Part shown: positions 9,443-18,868 of the stretch, piece after piece | Layout: each line of letters begins with the position of its first letter | How positions within the stretch are numbered: the stretch's first letter is position 1 | Assembly (NCBI GenBank): GCA_043822705.1 | Contig: JBDRBK010000009.1 | Span: 1-41,199 of the forward strand | Direction of reading: 5' to 3' | Source of the DNA: Fidelibacterota bacterium | Lineage (GTDB): Bacteria; Fidelibacterota; Marinisomatia; Marinisomatales; TCS56 | DNA: 41,199 nt | Position numbers and translations under genes: made by a program | The notes under the pieces: generated by a model | The model's input: only the letters and a program-made list of their open reading frames with translations | The model's database searches: none | Told to the model about the DNA's origin: nothing

Positions 9443-10441
9443 CTATTTGATCTCCGAATCCGTAAACTGAGCCTGATATATTTCCTCCAGCATCGCCGGA
9501 GTGATGGGCACGGCGCCGACTTCGGCGCATACCCGGCCGGCCGCCAGATTTGCGATCTGGGCCGCTTCCTCCGGCGTCGCTCCCGCCAAGTCGGCCAGGG
9601 TAAAAACGGCGATCACCGTATCGCCGGCACCGGAGACATCATGGACTTTCCGGGCGCGGGTCGGAATCGATCGGGAAGTACCGCCGTGAAACAACGTCAT
9701 CCCCTTCTCACTGCGGGTAATCAACACCATTTCGGCCTGCAGACGGTTTTGCAGTTCATGTCCCAATGATTGAAAATCATTATCCGCGGCACCGGCGGCG
9801 GCCATGACTCTCAGAAATTCCTTGGTATTCGGCTTGAACAGCCGGACCTGGCGGAAGGCAAAGAAATTGTCATATTTGGGATCGACATAGACCGGGATTT
9901 TGCGTTCTCCGGCCGCGGCCAGGATTGATTCGATCAGTTCAGTAAATAACAGGCCCTTGTTGTAATCGGCAATGATAATGGCTTCTACAGTGGACATTTG
10001 CGTCCTGATATTTGCCAATAACTGTCCGGATATTGAATCAGAGACTAGCGCAAGCTGCTCCCGGTCGGTGCGCAGGACTTGTTGACCGCGCGCCATAATC
10101 CGCGTTTTTACCGTAGTGGGGCGCGATTCATCGGCGATAATGCCGCCGTCGACAACACCATCGGCCTTGATTTCCCGGATCAGCTCTCGACCCTGTTCAT
10201 CCGCACCTACCAGACCGGCTAAAAAAGTACGGCAACCCAGATGTGCCAGGTTAACCGCCACATTAGCGGCGCCACCGGGCATGGTCGTCACCGAATCGAC
10301 CCGCACGATCGGAACGGGCGCCTCCGGTGATATTCTTTCCACCTCGCCCCAGTAATACTGGTCGAGCATCAGATCGCCAATTACCAGCACCGATCGATCG
10401 TGAAACCGTTCGACCAGGTATCTGAACCGCTGTTTATCCAT
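9443..10441 (-). CDS. hldA: D-glycero-D-manno-heptose-7-phosphate kinase (stand-alone RfaE domain I)
   Basis: GDLMLDQY, ERISPEAPVP, GGAANVA, DYNKG, VDPK, DVSGAGDTV. Confidence 0.92.
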   Translation of the reverse strand: MDKQRFRYLVERFHDRSVLVIGDLMLDQYYWGEVERISPEAPVPIVRVDSVTTMPGGAANVAVNLAHLGCRTFLAGLVGADEQGRELIREIKADGVVDGGIIADESRPTTVKTRIMARGQQVLRTDREQLALVSDSISGQLLANIRTQMSTVEAIIIADYNKGLLFTELIESILAAAGERKIPVYVDPKYDNFFAFRQVRLFKPNTKEFLRVMAAAGAADNDFQSLGHELQNRLQAEMVLITRSEKGMTLFHGGTSRSIPTRARKVHDVSGAGDTVIAVFTLADLAGATPEEAAQIANLAAGRVCAEVGAVPITPAMLEEIYQAQFTDSEIK

Positions 10442-10442
10442 G

Positions 10443-11081
10443 TTATACCGGATTATCCTGTTGAAACGACTTCAATTTGGGTAGCAGCAACGCTAAAATC
10501 AAATACAAAACTATTCCCGCCCCGGCACTCATGAATGTACCGAAGGTCCAGATGAAACGGACCAGGGTCGCATCCAGGTCCAGGCTTTCGGCGACCCCGC
10601 CACAGACGCCGGCGATCACCCGTTCGTCCCGGGAAAGATGCAGCGGCATCTTCGACCGGAGACCAATCGAACGCGCCAGATTGGTCCGGTGATTGGTCAA
10701 CAGATATAATCCTAAACCGATCAGCACCAGCGTGACCAGCAGATTGAAACCAAAGCCCCAGAACCGTGACAGCAGTGAACCGAACAGCTCGTTGTACTGA
10801 AAAATAAGCACCATTCCAATCACGATCAGGACGACGCCCCAGAGTCTGGAATGGTCGGAATCACAGGTCAGTTTTTTGTAGAACAACGTGTTTTCCCGTT
10901 CCGATTCATCGGGAATCAGCACCAGGCTTAAAACATAGGCGATGATTCCGGATCCGCCGAATATCGTTAAAAATATCCAGATCAGGCGTACCAGAATTAC
11001 ATCAACGGCGAAATATTCGGCGAATCCGCCACAGACGCCGGCCAGTACCCGCTGGCTACGGGAACGGTAGATTTTTTTCAT
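10443..11081 (-). CDS. PspC domain protein with two PspC repeats
   Basis: YRSRSQRVLAGVCGGFAEYF and LSRDERVIAGVCGGVAESL, separated by TM helices. Confidence 0.88.
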   Translation of the reverse strand: MKKIYRSRSQRVLAGVCGGFAEYFAVDVILVRLIWIFLTIFGGSGIIAYVLSLVLIPDESERENTLFYKKLTCDSDHSRLWGVVLIVIGMVLIFQYNELFGSLLSRFWGFGFNLLVTLVLIGLGLYLLTNHRTNLARSIGLRSKMPLHLSRDERVIAGVCGGVAESLDLDATLVRFIWTFGTFMSAGAGIVLYLILALLLPKLKSFQQDNPV

Positions 11082-11085
11082 TACG

Positions 11086-12021
11086 CTATTCCAGTTCTTT
11101 CAGATGGATTGCCACGCTTTCGGCCAGTCCCCGCAGATTGTAGCCGCCTTCGAGAATAGATACCACCCGACCGGCACAGCATTCATCGACGATTTTACGC
11201 AAGGTACGGGTGATTTCGCCGAAGCCGGCGGTTGTCACGACCATGCCGCCCAGCGGATCCAGTTCATGCGCATCGAAGCCGGCCGAGATCAGCAGCAATT
11301 CCGGTCGGAACCGCAGCAGTACATCGGCGGCCGAATTATTGAAGATATCCAGGTAAATCTCGTCATCACTGCCCTGGTGCAGCGGGTAATTCACGGTGGC
11401 GCCGATTCCGTTCCCGCGACCGGTTTCATTGCGGGCCCCGGTTCCCGGGAAAAACGGGTAGCGGTGCAGGCTTAGATACAGAACGTTGGGATCTTCCTCG
11501 AACAGATGCTGGGTGCCATTGCCGTGATGTACATCGAAATCAACAATCGCCACCCTGGTGATCCCGTAATTCAGGCGGGCATATTGGGCGGCGATGGCGA
11601 TATTATTGAAAATGCAGAAACCCAGCGCCTGATTGAATTCGGCATGATGACCCGGCGGACGGGGCAGCACCATCGCCCGGTTACCGGCATCATTCATGAC
11701 ATAGTCGACTGCCGCCGCCGAGGCATTGGCGGCCAGCAGTGCGACCTGGTAGGAATCATGGCAGATTGGATTATCGAAGGTATCCAGATATTCGTCACCG
11801 CGATCGCAGGTCAGACCCACCCGTTTCAGGTAGGCCGGATCGTGAATAATCTTGGGAAGGCCGGCATCCCTGATTTCCGGGATAATGTGTTCCAGCCGTT
11901 CCCATTGAGCACTGGATTTTAGTGAATCGACAATACTTTGCAGTCGTTCCGGCCGTTCCGGGTGGCCTGGACCGGTCAAGTGGTCCAGGAAGCGTGGGGA
12001 GTAAATCAAACCGATTGCCAT
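11086..12021 (-). CDS. Histone deacetylase family (Zn-dependent) amidohydrolase
   Basis: HPERPERL, RPPGHHA, GFCIFNN, DFDVHHGNGTQ, SAGFD, LEGGY. Confidence 0.95.
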   Translation of the reverse strand: MAIGLIYSPRFLDHLTGPGHPERPERLQSIVDSLKSSAQWERLEHIIPEIRDAGLPKIIHDPAYLKRVGLTCDRGDEYLDTFDNPICHDSYQVALLAANASAAAVDYVMNDAGNRAMVLPRPPGHHAEFNQALGFCIFNNIAIAAQYARLNYGITRVAIVDFDVHHGNGTQHLFEEDPNVLYLSLHRYPFFPGTGARNETGRGNGIGATVNYPLHQGSDDEIYLDIFNNSAADVLLRFRPELLLISAGFDAHELDPLGGMVVTTAGFGEITRTLRKIVDECCAGRVVSILEGGYNLRGLAESVAIHLKELE

Positions 12022-12036
12022 TATTGTTCCTGCCGA

Positions 12037-12735
12037 TCAGTATTGTTTGCGCGGGTTGCGGGGCGTCCGCCCTTTTCCGGGACGGATTTTGCAGATATGG
12101 CCGTTATCGAGATAGATCAGGACCGAGGCAATATTTTGAATATTATCATGTCCGGCGGCGGTCATGATAATCGTCGTCCCCAGCTCACGCATCATTCTGA
12201 TCAGCCGGCGGTTGAAATCCTGCTGCATGCTATTATCAAAATCGATCCCGTAATCATCGATCAGCAGGACCCGTGGATCGCTTTCGACGGCCAGGATCAT
12301 TTTCAACCAGGCGCGTTCGCCGGGGGTCCGCTTTTCCAGCGTTTCCGTCAGCATCTGTTTATGAAAAGCGGTGGTGAAATACTGGTTGGTGATACTGTCA
12401 GCCTGCTTGGGATAACGTTTTTTAATTATGCTGCGGACCGACTGGTTCAACGGCAATTCATCGACGCCCGAATGATATATCGACGGTTCCGGCTTGGGCC
12501 GGCCCAGCCAGTCTTTCTTGAAATCCTCGTTATCATATTTCAGTGTCCCGGCCGTCGGTTTTGCCCGGCCCGCCAGAATATTGAGCAGCGATGATTTCCC
12601 CGATCCGACCGGACCGATTATCCCATATACGGTTCCCCGGTGAATCTGCATATTGCCGATCTGCAAGACCGTCCGATCGCCGTAGGCCAGCTTCAGACTT
12701 TTTAAATCATAAATCAGTGTTGCTTTTTGATTCAT
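12037..12735 (-). CDS. ABC ATP-binding domain protein with degenerate motifs
   Basis: Walker A GPVGSGKSS; signature-equivalent RTPGE; Walker B VLLIDD. Confidence 0.8.
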   Translation of the reverse strand: MNQKATLIYDLKSLKLAYGDRTVLQIGNMQIHRGTVYGIIGPVGSGKSSLLNILAGRAKPTAGTLKYDNEDFKKDWLGRPKPEPSIYHSGVDELPLNQSVRSIIKKRYPKQADSITNQYFTTAFHKQMLTETLEKRTPGERAWLKMILAVESDPRVLLIDDYGIDFDNSMQQDFNRRLIRMMRELGTTIIMTAAGHDNIQNIASVLIYLDNGHICKIRPGKGRTPRNPRKQY

Positions 12736-12807
12736 CGTTCCATCCTTTCTTGTTTGCGACGGGTATGTCGAACGACGAACCGGTTTTCAGCAGGTCAATG
12801 TACTAGG

Positions 12808-13728
12808 TCAGGTCTCCAGAAAGCGCTCCGTATCGATGGCGGCCATACAGCCCGAACCGGCCGCCGTAATTGCTTGTCGATAGATATGATCCTGAACATC
12901 GCCGCAGGCAAAAACCCCGGGCAAGGATGTCAAAGACCTTCCAGGCTTGGTGACGATATAACCTTTTTCGTCCAGTTCCAGTTGTTCTTTAAACAATTCG
13001 GTGTTGGGTGAATGCCCGATCGCCAGGAAAACACCGTCACAGGCTTCTTCCCTGCTGGTGCCATTAACGGTATCGGTCAGAATCACACCGGTTACACCGG
13101 TTTCGCGTGTCCCCAGCACCTCGGTGATGGTCGAATTCCAGTGCATCTTGATCTTGGGATTAGCCAGAGCACGCTCCTGCATGATTTTCGAAGCGCGCAA
13201 TTCGTCGCGGCGGTGTACGATCCACACTTCCGTGGCAAATTTCGTCAGGAAATTGGCCTCTTCCACGGCGGAATCACCGCCACCTACAACCAGAACTTTT
13301 TTATCCCTGTAGAAAAATCCATCACAGGTCGCGCAGGCAGAAACGCCGAATCCCATCAATTTCTGCTCGGATTCGATCCCCATCCAACGGGCGGTTGCCC
13401 CGGTGGAAATAATAACAGCGTCGCTGGTGTACAATTCTTCCTCGGCCCAGACTTTAAACGGCCGTTGGGAAAAATCGACTTTGGTAATCTGCTTGAAAGC
13501 GGTCTCGGCGCCAAAGCGCTTGGCCTGTTCACGCAGGGAATCCATTAACTCCGGTCCGGTAATACCCTGCGGGAAGCCGGGAAAATTCTCCACTTCCGTC
13601 GTTATGGTCAACTGTCCTCCCGGTTGTTGACCCTCAAAAACCAGCGGACTCAAATTTGCGCGCGCGGTATAAATCGCTGCCGTCAAACCGGCAGGACCTG
13701 ATCCTATGATGATGACTTTCCGATTCAT
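12808..13728 (-). CDS. trxB: Thioredoxin-disulfide reductase
   Basis: [41 protein letters not shown]. Confidence 0.98.
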   Translation of the reverse strand: MNRKVIIIGSGPAGLTAAIYTARANLSPLVFEGQQPGGQLTITTEVENFPGFPQGITGPELMDSLREQAKRFGAETAFKQITKVDFSQRPFKVWAEEELYTSDAVIISTGATARWMGIESEQKLMGFGVSACATCDGFFYRDKKVLVVGGGDSAVEEANFLTKFATEVWIVHRRDELRASKIMQERALANPKIKMHWNSTITEVLGTRETGVTGVILTDTVNGTSREEACDGVFLAIGHSPNTELFKEQLELDEKGYIVTKPGRSLTSLPGVFACGDVQDHIYRQAITAAGSGCMAAIDTERFLET

Positions 13729-13741
13729 CGTATTAATTTGG

Positions 13742-14068
13742 TTAAATAACCTCGTCTAACAGTTTTGTAATATTGTTCTTGGGAACTGCTCCGACAATCT
13801 GATGAGCGACGGAGCCATGCTTGAAAATTAGTAAACTGGGAATACTGCGGATTCCGAATTTCATCGCAGTCTCCCGGTTATTATCAACATCTACTTTTCC
13901 AACCTTGATTTTTCCGGAATACTCCCCGGCAATCGCAGCAACTGTGGGAGCAATGGCTTTACACGGTCCGCACCACTCCGCCCAGAAATCGACTAAGACA
14001 GGAACGTCAGCTTTTAAAACCTCTTGTTCAAAATTCGCATCATTATACTCCACGACTTCCTGTGGCAT
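13742..14068 (-). CDS. trxA: Thioredoxin
   Basis: WCGPC active site and cis-Pro SIP motif; AGGAGG RBS upstream. Confidence 0.98.
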   Translation of the reverse strand: MPQEVVEYNDANFEQEVLKADVPVLVDFWAEWCGPCKAIAPTVAAIAGEYSGKIKVGKVDVDNNRETAMKFGIRSIPSLLIFKHGSVAHQIVGAVPKNNITKLLDEVI

Positions 14069-14387
14069 AATACCTCCTATCAGCTAAAACAATGATTCGT
14101 GATTCCAACTTAGAGCAAATAACGATAAGGGAGTTTCATCTTTGACCGACAAAATTCCCGCTGCTAATTTCGGACTGCCGCAGCAATTTTACCTACATCA
14201 TTTTTGGCAAAATTCGGAATTCGCGGACTACTGACCGACTTAAATATTTTCCCATTACCGTGCTGCGGTGCCGAGCCCGTCAGAGTCACTGGAATATTTG
14301 ATGGTTCGACTTTTGGATCGTTACCAGAAAATGCACACTCCGGATTCAAATCCCATTAGGGACGCTCTCGGCGTATAAATAATTACT

Positions 14388-15593
14388 TTATCGGATTTTC
14401 AGGAACCGCCGCTTGCCGACTTTCAGGATATGTTCCTTCCCGGGCGAGACCGTAAAATGAATGTCGCTGCATTGCTCCCCGTCGAGCCGGACCGCACCCT
14501 GGTCGATCATCCGGCGGGCATCGGAACGGCTGGACACCAGGTTATTTTCCACCATGATATCGACGATCGATCGGTCACCGGAAAGAACGAATTCCGGAAT
14601 ATCATCGGGATTACCCTTATTGATGAATATATTGTCAAAATGCTGTTCCGCCTGCAGGGCATCCGGTTCCGAATGATACAAAGTCACGATCAGGCGCGCC
14701 AGACGCCGTTTTACATCCCGGGGATTGACGCCGGGATCGGCCAGCTCGGCCCGGACCTGCTCCAGCAGTGCATCATCGGCATCGGCCCCCAGCCGGTAGT
14801 ACTTGTAAATCAGATCATCAGGAATCGAGAGCGTCCGCCCGTACATATCTTCCGGGTTGGCATGCAGACCGATATGATTGTCATAGGATTTGGACATTTT
14901 CTCCTTGCCATCGGTGCCCTCTAACAGCGGCAGGGTGATAATTACCTGTGGCTCCTGGCCATATTCGCGCTGTAGATCGCGTCCCACCAGCAGATTGAAT
15001 TTCTGATCGGTCCCACCTAACTCCACATCGGCATGCAATTCCACCGAATCCATTCCCTGAGCCAGCGGATACAGCAGCTCGTGAATCGAGATCGGAATTT
15101 CGGCTTTGAAGCGGTTAGTGAAATCGTCCCGTTCCAACATCCGGGCCACGGTATAGTGGCTGGTCAGCCGCACCACATCGTTGAATGACATTGCCCCCAG
15201 CCAGTCGTTGTTATAGACGATCCGCAGACTGCTGATATCGAGGATCGCCCGGGCCTGTTCCACATAGGAATCGGCATTTTTCCTGGTGTCCTCCAGGGTC
15301 AATTGCGGTCGGGTCCGGTTGCGTCCCGAGGGATCGCCGATCATGGCGGTAAAATCGCCGATCACCAGTACGGCCTGGTGACCCAGATCCTGAAAATGGC
15401 GCAATTTGCGCAAGACCACGCCATGCCCGATATGCAGATCGGGTCGGCTGGGATCGCAGCCGAGTTTTACCACCAGCGGCCGGTTATTTTTCGCTGACGA
15501 TTCCAGCTTCCGGATTAATTCCTCTTCCGGGATAATTTCTTCGATGCCGCGCTTGATCATTTGCAGTTGTTCGGCTGCCGCTAAAAATGCCAT
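14388..15593 (-). CDS. tyrS: Tyrosine--tRNA ligase
   Basis: HIGH, GGTDQKFN and KMSKS motifs plus a C-terminal S4 domain (KVGKRRF). Confidence 0.98.
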   Translation of the reverse strand: MAFLAAAEQLQMIKRGIEEIIPEEELIRKLESSAKNNRPLVVKLGCDPSRPDLHIGHGVVLRKLRHFQDLGHQAVLVIGDFTAMIGDPSGRNRTRPQLTLEDTRKNADSYVEQARAILDISSLRIVYNNDWLGAMSFNDVVRLTSHYTVARMLERDDFTNRFKAEIPISIHELLYPLAQGMDSVELHADVELGGTDQKFNLLVGRDLQREYGQEPQVIITLPLLEGTDGKEKMSKSYDNHIGLHANPEDMYGRTLSIPDDLIYKYYRLGADADDALLEQVRAELADPGVNPRDVKRRLARLIVTLYHSEPDALQAEQHFDNIFINKGNPDDIPEFVLSGDRSIVDIMVENNLVSSRSDARRMIDQGAVRLDGEQCSDIHFTVSPGKEHILKVGKRRFLKIR

Positions 15594-16051
15594 TAATACC
15601 TACCTATTTCTCTTTCGGTGTTACGTTTTAAATCTTTGGCCTTGATCGCCTCTTTTTTGTCATAGGAATGCTTACCGCGCGCCAGTGCGATCTCCAGTTT
15701 GGCCCAGCCGCCCTTGAAATACAATCGCAACGGTACGATCGTCATGCCCTTCTGGTCCACAGCCCGCTGCAACCGCATAATTTCCCGGCGATTCAGCAAT
15801 AGACGGCGATCGTGGACCGGCTCATGGCCCAGATAACCGGTATGCGAGTAGGGACTGATATGCAGGCCGACGGCCCAGACCTCGCGTTCCCGCACCTGAA
15901 CATAGCCTTCCTTCAGGTTGGCGCGTCCTTCCCGCAGACTCTTTACCTCGCTGCCGGTCAGCACGATCCCGGCCTCGAATTTTTCCTGAATGAAAAATTC
16001 GTGATAGGCCTTGCGATTAGTGGCGATATTTTTTGTGTCAGTATCCCGCAT
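15593..16051 (-). CDS. smpB: SsrA-binding protein SmpB
   Basis: NRKAYHEF, EAGIVLTGSEVKSLR, GKHSYDKKE. Confidence 0.98.
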   Translation of the reverse strand: MRDTDTKNIATNRKAYHEFFIQEKFEAGIVLTGSEVKSLREGRANLKEGYVQVREREVWAVGLHISPYSHTGYLGHEPVHDRRLLLNRREIMRLQRAVDQKGMTIVPLRLYFKGGWAKLEIALARGKHSYDKKEAIKAKDLKRNTEREIGRY

Positions 16052-16134
16052 ATGCTGGTACCTTTTCCCACGACCTGCTCAAACGGTTGAAAATGGTCAT
16101 GTCGTCGAAGTGGATTTTATCAGTATTCCATCCG

Positions 16135-16623
16135 CTATTCAATTCCAAAAACACGCTTCCAGACCTCCAGGTCGCCGGGCGCCATTTCCGGTTTTTGTTC
16201 CGCGTTTTCGGCTGTCGTCGAATTCCGACGCGGTTCCAGAAGCCGTGCGAAATCTTCCGATTTCACTGTGGTCGTACCATAATATTTGACGCCGTTGGCC
16301 ACCGCCCGATCGGATGTCACGACGGTGCAACGCCGCGGGTTCGGTTCGGCCTGGATCAGTTCGATAATTATGGTGTCGGCCTTTTTATGCGGCGGCGAAA
16401 ACCTGACCTGCACCCAGCGCGATACCGCCGATTCCATGGGAATGATATCATCCTGAACACCGTCGAAAACGATGATCACCTGTAATTTCCGGCGTTTACT
16501 GAACGGCGCAACAATCGCGATCAATCGTTCCCGGGCTTTTTCCAGGCTGCGCTTCTGGTATTTAAGCAGACCAGGCGTGGCGTGGATCAGGTTATAGCCG
16601 TCGATAATCAGTTTCTGTGACAT
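16135..16623 (-). CDS. NYN domain RNase, YacP/Rae1-like
   Basis: IIDGYNL, IVFDG, KADTII and VVTSD give the conserved acidic PIN/NYN residues. Confidence 0.88.
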   Translation of the reverse strand: MSQKLIIDGYNLIHATPGLLKYQKRSLEKARERLIAIVAPFSKRRKLQVIIVFDGVQDDIIPMESAVSRWVQVRFSPPHKKADTIIIELIQAEPNPRRCTVVTSDRAVANGVKYYGTTTVKSEDFARLLEPRRNSTTAENAEQKPEMAPGDLEVWKRVFGIE

Positions 16624-16813
16624 TTTCAGGATTCATTTATGAAGATTGAATTTTCAGTCACCCTACCGGTGATGAAAATGCGACAAATCGTTAAACGTAA
16701 CGAAATACCGACCACAAAGTTAAATTTATCTTCACTTAGTTAAAATCGCTATTCCCTGCGATTGATATATCGCCTAAATTCACGGCCGTTTCCGGTTGTT
16801 TTACAGAATAATT

Positions 16814-16897
16814 GCCCGGGTGGTGAAATTGGTAGACACGCTAGGTTCAGGGTCTAGTGGCCTCACGGCTGTGCTGGTTCGAGTCCAGTCCCGGGCA
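16814..16897 (+). tRNA. tRNA-Leu (anticodon CAG)
   Basis: Acceptor stem GCCCGGG/CCCGGGC with discriminator A, D-loop AATTGGTAGA, anticodon arm CTAGG-TTCAGGG-TCTAG, long variable arm, T-arm GCTGG-TTCGAGT-CCAGT. CCA is not encoded. Confidence 0.97.
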
Positions 16898-17113
16898 CAT
16901 TAATTATCATACCGGATAATTTTTCACTTTTAAGTCTTTCAATTCACGACCAATACGAAATAGTCACACCGCATACTTTACACTGTCCTGGAAGTATTGT
17001 CGTCCTTATTTTCCGCCCAGGGATAATCCAGATTTGCGTAAGAATTCCCTGCCGGGTCGGCCGGATCGGCGTCGACCCAAATCAGGTTATACATCAGCAA
17101 ACAGGAGTTAAAT

Positions 17114-17548
17114 ATGTCATCGGACAATCAAAATTTCTGGAAGGCTAAATCGTATGCCCTGCTGGGCTATCAGGCGGAACGAAACTTCCCGTTATTGACA
17201 CTCGCGGGACTGCTCAGGAATGGGAAAACAGTCTATCCGGTCGATCCGACGCAGGCAACAATCGACAGCCGACCGGCTTTCAAAGCGATCGCCGATTTGC
17301 CGGAGCCGGTCGAAGCAGCCGTGATCGAGCTGCCCCGGGAACGCACCGCCGCAGCCGTTCGTGAGGCCGTAGCAGCCGGAATCCGCAACATCTGGCTGCA
17401 TCAGCGCACCGAAACAGCGGAAGCGCTGGAAATTGCCCGGGAAGCCGGTGTCAATCTGGTACAGGGAACCTGTGCCGTAATGTACGTCAACACCAGTGGG
17501 ATGCATAAATTTCACTGCTGGATCATGAAACTTCTGAAAAAATTCTGA
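17114..17548 (+). CDS. CoA-binding domain protein (YccU-like)
   Basis: VYPVDP, IADLPEPVE, GIRNIWL, GVNLV..TC; AGGAG RBS. Confidence 0.8.
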   Translation: MSSDNQNFWKAKSYALLGYQAERNFPLLTLAGLLRNGKTVYPVDPTQATIDSRPAFKAIADLPEPVEAAVIELPRERTAAAVREAVAAGIRNIWLHQRTETAEALEIAREAGVNLVQGTCAVMYVNTSGMHKFHCWIMKLLKKF

Positions 17549-17605
17549 GCGAGACGGCCGGTTTAGTCGGTTCACAGTCAATTCGCCTATAACCCAGGGG
17601 AAACA

Positions 17606-18847
17606 ATGCAACCACTGATCACCAATGATGCCATTGTACTGGGAATCCTGATGGGAATCCTGGTATTCGTATTCCGGACTTCACGCAGCAGCCATCCATT
17701 CTGGAAAAAATTCTATAAATACGTGCCAACTCTGCTGCTATGCTATTTCCTGCCATCGATCCTGAATTCGCTGGGGATCATTTCCGGTGAGAAATCGCAA
17801 TTGTATTTCGTCGCCTCGCGCTACCTGCTGCCGACGAGCCTAGTTTTACTGACGATCAGCATCGACCTAAAGGAGATTCTGAAACTGGGACCGAAAGCAT
17901 TGATCATGTTCTTCGCCGGCACCTTCGGTGTTATCATCGGCGGACCGCTGGCGATCCTTATTGTGTCTGTCGTCGCCCCCGACATCGTCGGTGGCATCGG
18001 ACCCGACGCAGTCTGGCGTGGTCTGACCACGGTAGCCGGTAGTTGGATCGGCGGCGGTGCCAATCAGGCCGCCATGAAGGAAGTCTTCGGCGTCAGCAAT
18101 GATCTGTTTTCGGCGATGATCGCCGTCGACGTTATCGTCGCCAATATCTGGATGGCCTTTCTGCTGTACGGCGCCGGCGTCCATGAAAAAGTTGATGCCT
18201 GGTTCAAGGGCGATACTTCGGCCATTACCAGTCTCCAGAATAAAATCGAGCATTATCGGCTGCGGATCAGCCGGATTCCGGACCTGACCGATGCCATCAC
18301 CGTAGTCGGGGTCGGTTTTCTGGTCACGGCCGCCTCACACATGATCGCGGATCAGGTGGCGCCCTGGATCGGCGAACATGCTCCCTACCTGGCGAAATTC
18401 AGCCTCACTTCCGGATTTTTCTGGCTGATCGTGTCGGCCACAACGATCGCCCTGGGTCTCTCCTTCACCCCCCTGCGCAACCTGGAAGGCGTCGGCGCCT
18501 CCCGTTTCGGCAGCCTGTTCCTGTATGTGCTGGTGGCGACGATCGGAATGAAAATGAACATTCTGGCGATATTCGATAATCCGGGATTATTCCTGGTAGG
18601 CGCCATCTGGATGACTTTCCATGCACTGATCATGATTATTGTCGCCAAGCTGATCAAGGCGCCGTTTTTTTTCATGGCGGTCGGCAGTCAGGCCAATATC
18701 GGCGGCGCCGCCTCGGCCCCGATCGTGGCCTCGGCTTTTCACACTTCGCTGGCGCCGGTCGGCGTGTTACTGGCGGTGCTGGGCTATGCCGTAGGCACCT
18801 ACGGCGCCTGGATCTGTGGCATTATCATGCAGTCAGTCGCGCCCTGA
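17606..18847 (+). CDS. DUF819 family multi-pass membrane protein (putative transporter)
   Basis: About 10-12 hydrophobic segments; GSWIGGGAN and SQANIGGAASAP re-entrant motifs. Confidence 0.85.
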   Translation: MQPLITNDAIVLGILMGILVFVFRTSRSSHPFWKKFYKYVPTLLLCYFLPSILNSLGIISGEKSQLYFVASRYLLPTSLVLLTISIDLKEILKLGPKALIMFFAGTFGVIIGGPLAILIVSVVAPDIVGGIGPDAVWRGLTTVAGSWIGGGANQAAMKEVFGVSNDLFSAMIAVDVIVANIWMAFLLYGAGVHEKVDAWFKGDTSAITSLQNKIEHYRLRISRIPDLTDAITVVGVGFLVTAASHMIADQVAPWIGEHAPYLAKFSLTSGFFWLIVSATTIALGLSFTPLRNLEGVGASRFGSLFLYVLVATIGMKMNILAIFDNPGLFLVGAIWMTFHALIMIIVAKLIKAPFFFMAVGSQANIGGAASAPIVASAFHTSLAPVGVLLAVLGYAVGTYGAWICGIIMQSVAP

Positions 18848-18868
18848 ATCGATTAATCGAAGGGCCAC

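Noticed and set aside
14164..14349. 61-aa ORF in the tyrS-trxA gap
   Set aside because: TTG start and no family motif; the region is better explained as non-coding or structured.
16052..16134. tmRNA near smpB or a T-box for tyrS
   Set aside because: No tmRNA acceptor ends or tag frame, and no T-box consensus seen in the gaps.
16814..17113. tRNA-Leu as an island integration site
   Set aside because: Gene content changes character after the tRNA, but I saw no integrase and no duplicated tRNA 3' end in the window.
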